DNA of 64,000 bases from the human T2T-CHM13v2.0 reference genome, Homo sapiens. The notes beneath the pieces were generated by a model that had not been told where the DNA came from, searched no databases, and worked only from the letters and a program-made list of their open reading frames with translations. Position numbers and translations under genes: made by a program. Positions 1 through 11,506 of this stretch are shown here, in pieces (the first letter of the stretch is position 1; each line of letters opens with the position of its first letter). Where the stretch lies: the NCBI RefSeq assembly GCF_009914755.1, contig NC_060934.1. The stretch is one strand, 5' to 3'.

Positions 1-365
1 GATACCTTGTCTTTTTTATATTTACACCACAGGAACTTGGTAAAAAGCCTAATTTTCTTATGAGGGAGTCAATAAATGTTTGTTAATTGAAAAAAAATCC
101 AATCAGTCTGTAGGTCTGATATCTGGAAATTTTCAATCAGCTATATTGCTTTGTGGAAATTCTTCCTGACATAAAGATAGTTTAATAAAAGTATGGTTAA
201 TCATATCAAAGAAAATTATGTTCAAAATGGATTTAAAATGGTAGATGTGTGAGGAGAATATAAGATGGCAAGATACAACTGAAACAAAAAAAAATTGAAA
301 TGAGATTAGCACACCCAACAGAAATAATTTATGGATCTATTAAAGCAATATGTCATATTGTGGGG

Positions 366-420
366 AATACATACATATGTATGTATGTGTGTGTGTGTGT
401 ATATGTATATATATGTATGT
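366..420. repeat. Compound (TA)/(TG)/(TATG) microsatellite
   Basis: atacatacatatgtatgtatgtgtgtgtgtgtgtatatgtatatatatgtatgt. Confidence 0.9.
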
Positions 421-2330
421 AATATGAGGGAAAAGGAGTTGGAAAATCTAATTCGACTTATAATTAAAAGCAAAATTGCTGTGTTGTGGTAAAAATTTCA
501 GGTAAACAGTGGGTCATAATTTTCTGTTGTACCATACAAATAACCTGTAAGATTTCAAGCATGCCAAGACTCATTATTTTTACATCTACACTAAAAATAT
601 GAGGATGGGACGTTAAAAGTTTCCCATTTCCTAAATTACCAAAGATGGGCTAATATATACCAGAAAAGGCAAATATAAAGCTATTGTATTACTAACTACT
701 ATTCCCTCCCTAGAAGGTATCAAAAATTGTTCCTAACATACTTTTCTAGTGAACTTATATGCAGACTTAGAATTTGGGACATGGCACTTTGAACAACCAC
801 AAGCAATCACTAGGAGTTGTCTATTGAGATGAGACATATTTGTTTTTCCTACCAAAAACACACAAAAACATCCTGGTTGAACTTCTGTGCATGCCAGGAA
901 CCTGGTTCCAAGTGCACATATGGGAATACATGTGTTGTAGGGAATGGAGGCCAGGAAATGTCTTATGATAGCAGATGGCCAGATAGCCAGTTCACCTCTG
1001 GATGACAGTGGCTGCTCTAACAGGACAGTGATGTCAACACTAGCAATGACATTGATATGTCTCAAGTGCTCTCTCAAAGAAATGCCACTCAGTATGAAGT
1101 CTCTCCTGAGTCCACTAGCCAGAATACAAATATATATAATGGTTTCAAATGCTTGCTCAAGTAATACTGCAGTGAACACTTTATTTTTTATACATTGTCA
1201 AACAAACAGCAGATGATAACATTCAATAATCCTAAACTGGGCAGTGTACGAACTAGTGACTACAACATGATCCATTGAAAAAATATTTTTATTAGCCTCC
1301 TGAGCCTTGGTCTTAAAAGTGTCTTCATTCTGCTAATTTTCAATATTGTACTTTTTAATTTTAATTATTTTCATCAAGTCTGCAAGATAGACAGTGAGAG
1401 AAAAAGCAATTTTCAGTACACAGTCTTTTAAATCAACTAAATTTCATTCCTTTTTCTCTCCTTTGGGAGCAGAGTCCTGATTTTCAACATAGAAGATCTG
1501 GCAGAAAACAACTGCATCTTATTAAATTGCCTGCTGGGCTTACTGAAACTTTAAAAATTATTGTAGAGCTAATCACCACTTTCATTTAGCTGGCAAAGAC
1601 AACAGATATTTAGTATATCTACCATGTTCCAAGTTCTCTGAACATGATGCCCAACAATGTATAAGAAAGCAAATTTTCAATATGAGTAATTTGGAATGGG
1701 GATTTAAAAAACTTTTTGCGCAGGTGATGAAATAAGTTTTTATATGAATCAACAATATTTTCCCCACTAAACTTCTTTTTAAACATTATATACCAACATA
1801 TATGTAATCTTACATTATATACATAGATATGCAATCTTATGCTATATAAAAACACATATTTATACAACTGAATAGCTTATTTGGAAGGCTTTCTTTTGCT
1901 CTTGGATATTTCATAAATGCTGTGGCTTATCAACTACCATTGGTACTGATACCTTGAATTAATTATCAACTAGGTTACAGGGAAGCAAATGTTTTGGATA
2001 TAATTTCAGTAAAATTTTCAGTATGCTCGAAGCATTAATATACCTTGGCTTGGACCCATACTACCCATTCATAGAGTGCAGGAGAGATCATAAGTCCTGA
2101 GATAACATTCTAGAGTTGAAGAGACAGACAGAGAAAGAGGAAATAAACTTCTCTGGGTACTAAAAGGAAATAAATGGTGGATCCAAAATGAAAATTGAGG
2201 ATGTTGATAATTTGTAAAATCAAGCTTTTTTATTGTAATTCAATTTATAACTTCAATTTATGACCTTTAGCCATAGACTTGACTTCTGCTTAACTACTTC
2301 CCTAAATCCTGCTCATTGATGTTGTACAAG

Positions 2331-2370
2331 ATATATGTATGTGTATGTGTATGTGTATGTGTGTGTATAT
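2331..2370. repeat. (TATGTG)n/(TG)n microsatellite
   Basis: atatatgtatgtgtatgtgtatgtgtatgtgtgtgtatat; source of the CVCVCV run in ORF 2316..2528. Confidence 0.9.
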
Positions 2371-2464
2371 TTTTTCTCCCAGGAAAAAATATAGTTATAG
2401 ATAGAAATAATGGTAATAATGCATTTTCTATCCTCTTAATTTGTTTAAACAGAGCTTTTATTAA

Positions 2465-3130
2465 GTACATTCATACATTCAATTATTTCATTCATTACTT
2501 TCATGAATTCACTAAATATTTATTTTAAGTAGCTCCTATATGTCAGGCATGGCTCTATGTGCTGGGATACAACACTGAAACATGACAACATATTCAAATT
2601 TGCATTCTAATGGTAGAGACAAAAATAAACAGTCACATAATATGGGTAGTGGCATGTTTATAAAGAGAAATAAAGCAGGGTAAAGAAACAGATAGCCAGA
2701 AGTGTTATTTTAGATAAGGAGGTTAGGGAGTCCTTTCTCAGATGAGACTATTAGCAGAGACCTGAATGTACTACACATTTTGGGAATCTGATGAAGAAAG
2801 TCCCTGTTTGACACACCCTCAAGTGGAAAGATTCTGAAAGACGTGAGAACATAGCATATTAAAAAACTGCTGGAAAACAGAGTATTAAAGTGCAGAGTTG
2901 AGAAATGACAAGAGGGAGAGGAAATTAGGTTTCCAAGGTTAGTTTTTGTACACAGCCCTTGTAGATAAAGACTAAAGACTTGGATTTTACCTCAAGTGTG
3001 ATGAATAGGCATTGCAATGTTTTAAAAGAATTACTCTGCCTCTTCTGTAGTGAAGAGAAGTCGTAATGAATAATAGTGGTATAGTAATGGTTGTGAAGTG
3101 GAAGCAGAGAGACTAGATGAGAGGTCAGTT
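2465..3130 (-). mobile_element. L2 LINE 3' fragment (L2a/b-like)
   Basis: Reverse-strand L2 tail (cattcattc..aaatatttatt..ctatatgtcaggcatggctctatgtgctgggatac) and L2 body motifs (ttagcagagacctgaatg; gacttggattttac; gtggaagcagagagactag). Confidence 0.75.
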
Positions 3131-3269
3131 AGTAACCTAGATTCTCATTCTAAAGCTGTAATTGCAGAACTGTAACCAATGCTGCTACTACTACTACTAC
3201 TACCAATAATAATAATATCAACAAAAAGGCCATACTGGTGGAAGTAAGTATTTTATGATTGCATCATTG

Positions 3270-3445
3270 ATGCCTTGCACTGTTCTAAGGGCTCAATATG
3301 TAAAATCTTAAGAAACCACCCCTACAATACTAGCAGATAATACTACACTTATCCTGGTTATTCAGTGAATAGTTTGAAACTCAAAAAAGTTAAATAACTT
3401 GCCAAAGTCGAACATCTAGTAAATGGTACAGCCAGAAATTTAGTG
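3270..3445 (-). mobile_element. MIR SINE
   Basis: Reverse MIR core gaaactcaaaaaagttaaataacttgccaaagtcgaacatctagtaaatggtacagccag. Confidence 0.7.
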
Positions 3446-3980
3446 AGCCCAAATTAATTTTTTGTGCTCAACTCCAAAGGCATTGAGTACTCACTCTGTG
3501 TTTCAAAATGTTGTCTGTGCATTTCCTCACTAGGCTTCCATGTATCCATGTGTTTCCTAGTTGTCTAACTCAAAAAAGACAATATGGACCACCTGGACAG
3601 TTGTAATTTATTCCTGTTGTTTTCATGTCATTATGAATAACCCCTGCTTTTATTCTCAAAAGCATGAAATGTGATTCTAAATGATATGCACACTATAGCT
3701 AAGGCTCCAAGATGCTTTTTTGTTGTTATGCACTATCACATCAATGAATGGAGTACACCTATAAATATTATTCCGAATGTGGAGAAATCTCCCCATCTAT
3801 TTGCAAGGATATCTTTGTTCCTTTGCTCCATTATTTGTAGGGTCTCATGGAAAGAGGCTTGCAGGAAGAGAGTTCTCATTTTCATTCAGATTATCCAATT
3901 CTATTACCTCAACATTGAAACATCAAAGTCTATTTTGCTTCTAAATTATAATAACACTTATTAACATAGAAAAAATGTAA

Positions 3981-4637
3981 CTGTTGGTGGGACTGTAAAC
4001 TAGTTCAACCATTGTGGAAGTCAATGTGGCGATTCCTCAGGGATCTAGAACTAGAAATACCATTTGACCCAGCCATCCCATTACTGGGTATATACCTAAA
4101 GGATTATAAATCATGCTGCTATAAAGACACATGCACACGTATGTTTATTGTGGCACTGTTCACAATAGCAAAGACTTGGAACCAACCCAAATGTCCAACA
4201 ATGATAGACTGGATTAACAAAATGTGGCACATATACACCATGGAATACTATGCCGCCATAAAAAATGATGAGTTCATGTCCTTTGTAGGGACATGGATGA
4301 AGCTGGAAACCATCATTCTCAGCAAACTATCGCAAGGACAAAAAACCAAACACCGCATGTTCTCACTCATAGGTGGGAATTGAACAATGAGAACACATGG
4401 ACACAGGAAGGGGAACATCACAATCTGGGGACTGTTGTGGGGTGGGGGTAGCGGGGAGGGATAGCATTAGGAGACATACCTAATGCTAAATGACGAGTTA
4501 ATGGGTGCAGCACAACAACATGGCACATGTATACATATGTAACAAACCTGCACATTATGTACATGTACCCTAAAACTTAAAGTATAATAATAATTAAAAA
4601 AAAAGGAAACCTCATATTCCAAAAAGCAAAAAAAAGA
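3981..4637 (+). mobile_element. 5'-truncated L1PA (L1PA3/4-like) 3' end with poly(A) and TSDs
   Basis: Near-consensus ORF2 end and 3'UTR (G-rich tract 4439-4460, cctaaaacttaaagtataataa); TSD agaaaaaatgt at 3968-3978 and 4638-4648. Confidence 0.97.
4012..4383 (+). pseudogene. L1 ORF2p C-terminal relic
   Basis: [51 protein letters not shown] is the L1 ORF2p C-terminus; no endonuclease or RT domains present. Confidence 0.95.
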
Positions 4638-6889
4638 AGAAAAAATGTTAAAAGCAAACAGCAAGACATGCCATACATGTCAACACAGAGACAAAAAATA
4701 TTCTGTAATGATGAAAAAAGAACTCCAGCAAATCACTTGTCTGCTTTCCTCAACTTCTAGTACCTCACAAAATTAACAAGCAAGAACTTCATAATGGAAC
4801 AGTTAACAACAAAATCAATACAATTATGCAATAAGAAACCTTTTCACAAATAATTTGTATACCTTAGCAAAGGGTGATTATCCTTATGGAAAGTTAATTT
4901 ACTCTTGGAAGAACTAGGTCATCACTATGCATTTGTACCTAGTGCTTAATTTAATAAATTCTAATAAATATAATCATTCAGCGTAGAACATCTATTTAAC
5001 TTCCTGAAAATAGAGATTTGGATAAAAGATACATGTAAGATAATTTTTTTATTCCTGATCTAACAAAAAATTAGGTTTAGCATTTTTTCATGCTCTTAAT
5101 ATTTTATTTTTTGTGATATTCATGGGAACATGAAATAAAATAATAAGGTTTTGGTGTGACAGAAAAAACTTATTGTCAACATTTGAAATAATTCATGCAA
5201 GTGAGATATTAAATACATTTCAAAAGACACATTAATATATTGGTAATTAAAGTAAGGTATAGGATTGAATGATTTCTAAACAGTCACATTATTTTTTTCT
5301 ATTTTACCAGTTTTTAACATTGTGATGTCTGCTAACTTATAATAATACATTTCTAACTTATTCCAAGTGTGGATCTGTTCTACACACAACACAAATTTTC
5401 AATGTTTGTGTGAACTATATACTGTAGCTTTGGGAAATACAATGACTAGTTAAGAAACAAACTGGCATTTGGTGAACAAAACACCATAACCAAAAGCTAA
5501 ATCACACAAGAGGAAAATTATCTTGAATTCCACATGCCAATCAGTATATTTTCATTTCCAGGCATATTTTTACATTTTTAAAAAGATAAATTTAATTTTA
5601 TATTGTTTAGATAGTATAGAGATTTTACTACCAAAAAAACACATTTATTACATGATCAATTGGCCACCGTACTTCACTAGCCCATTAATAAATAAAAGAC
5701 AAAGTATAAAGACTTTACTAAACAGCCTCAAATTTAAGACAGACACGTTAACTTATAATAGCTCAGGGAAAAAATAAAAATAAAATAATAAATCATAACT
5801 AAACTAGTAACCTGATGCACAACCTAAATGATAAATATTTGTATGTCTATTTTGGTGTATTTTCCTTGGTATTTAAATACCTTGAATTCAGAAAATATAA
5901 ACTTGTTTACAGTTTTTCTATTGCCTTTGAAGTATCTACATTTCTAAAGGTTCTTTTATGTTCCAATTCTCTATCTTGATGCCAAGATGGGCTCATGAAA
6001 AACCTAGTTGCACAGCTGATGTCCCTGTCGGCTGTTAACATAAAGAGACTGATTTGGAACAGGATGAGGAACCCCAGGAGAAGCCTTGGCAATAATATTC
6101 CGATACTGCCCATCCGAATCAGTCACAGCAGACTGGTCAGACCTGATTTAACTCTGAGTGAGTACAAATAATCAATGGAATATATAAATTGAGAATATTT
6201 AATATTTTATGTCTACTTTAATTACCAATTTAATTAGATATATAAACATGCAGAGATTTTGTTGATATGTTTTAAGCAGCAAAATGAAAACACTAGATGT
6301 AGTAAACAATTGCCTTTGCAATATAACTGTATTATGAAAGGTTAAGGTTACTTTTCTGCCATTCACTCATTTCCATGCCCACGTGCATACCATAGTGAAG
6401 ATCTAACATGCTATTTAGTCCTAATCTGGCCAGTACATTTGTATGGAAATAAAAATTGTGTTTTCTGATTATCTACTTTATTTCCCACAAAGATATGACT
6501 TTGGTCACCAGGGCAACCACACAATACAATATGGATGGTTCAGTTTGAAAATATTACCACTAATGGAAAAATGAGGACCCTTTTATTACTGGATAATTAG
6601 TGCAATATGACAAAAAACATTATCTCTGTTAACAGATAAAAATAGAGTTCTGTTAGGAGTGTTATGAATGATGAGGTAAACAAATATCACAGAAGTGGTG
6701 ACACTATAGGTCATTCAACATCATAGATGAAAGAGAGCTCAAGAACTTCTAGATTTTATGTAACATTTTGCAGGTAAGGAAACTAAGACTTTTTTGCAAG
6801 GAGAAACTACCAGGTTTGTACAGTTAATAAGTGGCAGTTCTATATTTATGCAAGAAAAAGGGACTAAGAAAAAAGCAAAATATATTATT

Positions 6890-7095
6890 TATTTACTTAT
6901 TTACAATATACCAGGAACATCACGTATGTTATCTAATTTAATTCCATCACATATGTTATCTCATTTGATTCACCTAACAATACCATGATGCATTTATCAT
7001 TGGTCATGTGTTACTGATGAGAAATAGACTTTCAAGAAGAGTTTGGAACAGTTAAACTACTCTCTCATGATTGCATCATTATTAAGGTGTAGATG
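6890..7095 (-). mobile_element. Degenerate MIR with a ~27-bp internal tandem duplication
   Basis: catcacgtatgttatctaatttaattc / catcacatatgttatctcatttgattc then cctaacaataccatga..actgatgagaaatagact. Confidence 0.55.
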
Positions 7096-7102
7096 TTACA
7101 AA

Positions 7103-7597
7103 GTATGATAATTAATTTTGTTTATTAACTTGTCTAGGCAATGCTGTCCATTTGTTTAGTTAAACATTAGATGTTTCTGTGAAGGCATTTTTTAGATGTG
7201 AATGACATTTATAATTAGTAACTTTGAGTAAAGCAGATTACCCTCCACAAAGTGGGTGGATCACCCTCCATGGCATGGATTCAAACAGTTGAAGTTCTTA
7301 AGAACAAAGACTAAGGTTACTGAAGAGGGAGAAATTCTGCCTCAAAACTTCAACAATGAAACCTTTCCTGAATTTCCAGCATGCTGGCTTGCACCATGGA
7401 TTTCAGATTTAACTTTTGTCTGAATTTTCAGCCCTACAGACCTCCCCTACTGATATTGGACTTGACAGCCCTCACAGTCATGTAAGCCAGTTCCTAAAAT
7501 CAGTCTCTCTCATTCTTGTTCTTGCTCTTGCTCTCCCCTGTTAGTCTCTCTATCTACTTTATTGGCTCTGTTGCTATGGAGAAACTTGGATAATACA
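7103..7597 (+). mobile_element. ERVL solo LTR, MLT2C/D-like
   Basis: Starts gtatgataattaattttg..aacttgtctaggc; contains gagtaaagcagattaccctcca, gaaattctgcctc, catgtaagccagttcctaaaat; ends ggagaaacttggataataca. Confidence 0.85.
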
Positions 7598-7869
7598 CAA
7601 TGTGATATAAAATTATTCACAGTCAATATATTGTGAGTACCAACTAATTAGAGTGAATGCTAGTCTTAGTTCGTGGGAGCCTGAAAGGCTGCCTTTTATG
7701 TTGGGGCTTTCCTCTTCAGTGTTTGATCATGGGTAGATCGGGTGTTTTGGGAGTTAGGGGGAATTGACCAATTATGAATGAGGACTAAAATATTTTAATA
7801 TTTTTAACAATAATATGATCAAATTATTAGGCTCCTGGGCTATAGAATGGGAGAAATCTTCTTTGGTTA

Positions 7870-8020
7870 TGTTAATGATACTTATTGGACAAGTTACCAC
7901 AACTGCTTAGTCTTAATTTCTTCATCTATAAAATGGAGATGTTAATAATATCCATGCTAAATACTGGAATGGACATCCAGTGCCTAACACATTGCCTACT
8001 ACCTATCAAATAGTAAAATA
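7870..8020 (+). mobile_element. MIR SINE fragment
   Basis: ggacaagttacc..cttaatttcttcatctataaaatggagatgttaataata. Confidence 0.65.
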
Positions 8021-8027
8021 TATCTAA

Positions 8028-8326
<299 letters not shown>

Positions 8327-9239
8327 TATTACTAGAATTTAAACTCAGATCTGTAATAATTTGCAAAACTCACATTCTTACAATATGTATGATAGCTGTG
8401 AAAAAAACAGAATAAGAAAGAAAGAGACAAGGAAAAAAAAGAAAGAAACAAGAGAGTGACAAGAAAAAATAATTCTCTCTATTAGAATATTTAGGATTTT
8501 AAGGTATAATATTGAAACAAACACTCTATACTATAGATTTTATGTTCATTTAAGATGTCTTAGTTTATGTGATCCATTTAGACAGGATTTAATGACCCAC
8601 AATTATTGAAACATTGAAAGTATGTTACTTTTGCACTTGTCCTGCCTATTTGTGAAAATGAATTTTTTTTAAAGTGGCAATGTTGTTTCTAAAAGTGTCT
8701 GCCTTTCTACCCTAGCATGCACTGTGTTAATCTCTGACCATCTTAGGCTCATGCTGATACAGCACCCATTGTATTTTTAACTTTTAAAAAATCTGCTGAG
8801 GATCTCTATTTCATGCAGCACATGGATTGAGAGTTAAAGGTCAATTAACTGCATTGTTCATGCCCTGTGGTTTCTTACTGAAGAATGTGAAGATACAATT
8901 GGTAGTGAAAACCTATACTGATGAAGCTCAGTGCTCTTATAGTCTAAAGAGCAAGAAAATGATAGTTTGGTCACCCACTCAATAATAATATTATGTTGAA
9001 AAGAGACAATAGCGAAATAAGAATTTCAAAGAACACCATCAGTAGACTTCAGCAGGAGAAGGAATAGAAGCATATCTTCATGGTCGCAATGAATTAATTC
9101 TAGAATTAATATTAATATTTTTTAAGCATCAGCATTCATCTATAAACCCACAAATTTGTCATTTATTATATAAAATGTGTCTATCGACTTCCTGTTGGTT
9201 TTGCCAAGTTCAGAAGTTTCCATTCACATAAAAATTATT

Positions 9240-9510
9240 TCTCTCTCTCCTTCTCCATCTCTCTTTCTCATACATGCACACACAGTATTTTTTATGTACA
9301 TCCCTATACATATCCATATATAATTTCCATAAGTATACACATATTCTCCTACAGTCATAGACACAGTTCCCCAGTACATATCCCTACTAAGACAAACACC
9401 ACCAACATACACATCCCCACCTTGATGCACATGGAAACCAACATGCACATTCCAAACACCAGGCATTTCCTTAAAATACACACTGCCATGCACACACACC
9501 CTCATTCACA
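9240..9510. repeat. Decayed (CT)/(CA)-rich low-complexity tract
   Basis: Scattered acacac/atacac units over ~270 bp; gives the V/C/Y-rich ORF 9224..9505. Confidence 0.6.
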
Positions 9511-10479
9511 TAGCTCCTGTCCAATTACATATCAAAAATATTTATGAAAAAACCAATATTACAGCATTCAGAGGAAATTCATCAATATTCAGAAAAATAT
9601 ATAAAATTGTAAAATTTAAAATCACATAGCAGGAAATTTTGAGCTATGTGTCTGTAGATAGATTATAGATTCTTTCTCTCAAATACCTGATGAAATAAAC
9701 TGTCACTTATAAAAGAAAGAAAGATACGGTATTTTTTTAAAACTCCCAAAATATAAACAAACAGACATCACAAAATTAAATGCAAACATTCTCAATCTCT
9801 TTAAAAGATACCAGCGATAGCACAAAGACAAGGTGGAAAACTATTGTCATACGTTTTAAAGAAATAGAATAACTCATTGCTATAAAAAACTGAAGGTTTT
9901 ATTGCAACACAAAAAAGTTCCTAATTCTATTCTCACTTTGCAGAAATAATTATAATAAGTTAAAAAACATTTGAGATTAATCACCAATGTCTAAACGTCT
10001 GCAGAGAAGATAAAGAGTTAGTGGAGAGGGATGATTAAAAAATTAGAATTGAAGAACAGAGTCTAACTCTATCTGACAGATTAAAAATTCCAAGGCTTTA
10101 AACTCAGTAGACTGAATGATCAGAAATGGAGAGCATTCCTGACTGGAGTAAAATAAATGTCAAGGTTGAGTGAAACTTGTTTTTAGTACATTTAATAAAA
10201 TCTCGATCTTGTTACAAACACACATACGCATACACACCCACACCCACACTCATAGCTGTACAGTCTCCACTGAGCATCATCTTCAAAATAGAGAAAAATA
10301 TATTTTATATTTGTTGAGGAGAAGTAATCCACCCTATACTGCAATTGTTACACAGTTGTAATAACTAAGCAATAAATTCAAACCTTGAAAATGGTGTGAT
10401 TTTATGTGTGTGTCTCTGTGTGCATTTGTGTGTATTTTTTTGAAAAAGATATAAATAATCTAGTTCACAAAAAATTAGC

Positions 10480-11460
10480 TGAGAAAAAAGATATAATCTC
10501 ACTAGCATTTTTCACACTAATAACTACTTTAATATGAATAAACTAAATCAATTCAAAAAAGATAACAATAGATTGAGATGAAGAAAAAATTACAGTGTTA
10601 ATAAATGGTTTAAAATTATACCATTGCAGAACTAATAAGTAACAAATAGAATGACAAGCTGAAAATTAAACTACTGACAAAGGGGAAAAGTTTGAAAAAT
10701 AATCAAAGTGAGTGCAAAACAGAAAAGATCAAACAACTATTGAGAAGATCTCCACATAAAATTATTGTTATTATTTAGGTAAAAATTCTAACAAATGGAT
10801 CAGAAACCTGTTGAAATACTTCAAGAACAATTTTCTGAAAAGAACAAAACGAAGAATATTTTTGGGAAAAGAAAACCATATTTTAGAAATGTTAGATATA
10901 AATGACAATACAACACATTTACATTAAAATATTGAATAACAAGTATAAATAAGTTTTTATTATTCAGGAAAAAACTAAATTTCATTAAAAAGAAAGATTT
11001 AAACCATCTTGAAAGTTTTTCAAAGTTAGAATCAAAACTAAAAGTTAGTAGACAATGTCTACGAATTTGTAGAGGAATGAAATAATACTCTAAATATGTT
11101 ACACCCAGTCAGGACATTGTTTTTGTATAAAGTAAACAAAAGAAAATAAAAACAATAAAAACTAATGTAATTCCCATGAGTTTTAGGGACACATGTCCCC
11201 ATATACACCCCTAAACACACACACTGCGCCAATTGCAAAACTAGGATGAATAATAAACTCAAGTAGTATTAGAAAAACCATGGTTAAAAGATGAAAAGTA
11301 AATTTGAATCCAACTAAATAAGAATAAAACCTGGAAATTATGATCACAAAATTGAACTTAATTGTTGTAAACTGTTACTTTTTTAAAAAAATAAAGTGAT
11401 TTATAAAATTGGAAAGTGGGAAAAAGTAATCAATTATTATTACAATATTCCTTTGAACGA
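10480..11460 (+). mobile_element. Very old L1 ORF1-like relic (HAL1/L1ME-like)
   Basis: A-rich ORF1-type motifs: gaagatctccacataaaattatt, caagaacaattttctgaaa, aagttagtagacaatg..ctctaaatatgttacacccagtcagg. Confidence 0.45.
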
Positions 11461-11506
11461 GTCAATCTAAACTATGTAAATTAAAATGTAGTCAAAAATA
11501 TAATAG

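Noticed and set aside
733-1216. Three overlapping ORFs (148 aa minus; 62 and 90 aa plus) in apparently unique sequence
   Set aside because: No recognisable domain, two of the three start at non-ATG codons, and no convincing splice sites. Consistent with chance in a slightly GC-richer patch. A BLASTX or PhyloCSF hit would reopen it.
9093-9110. Perfect palindrome attaattctagaattaat, and 10-bp stems at 21013-21035 and 62778-62802
   Set aside because: Isolated 9-10-bp stems are roughly at chance expectation in 64 kb of AT-rich sequence (my rough estimate).
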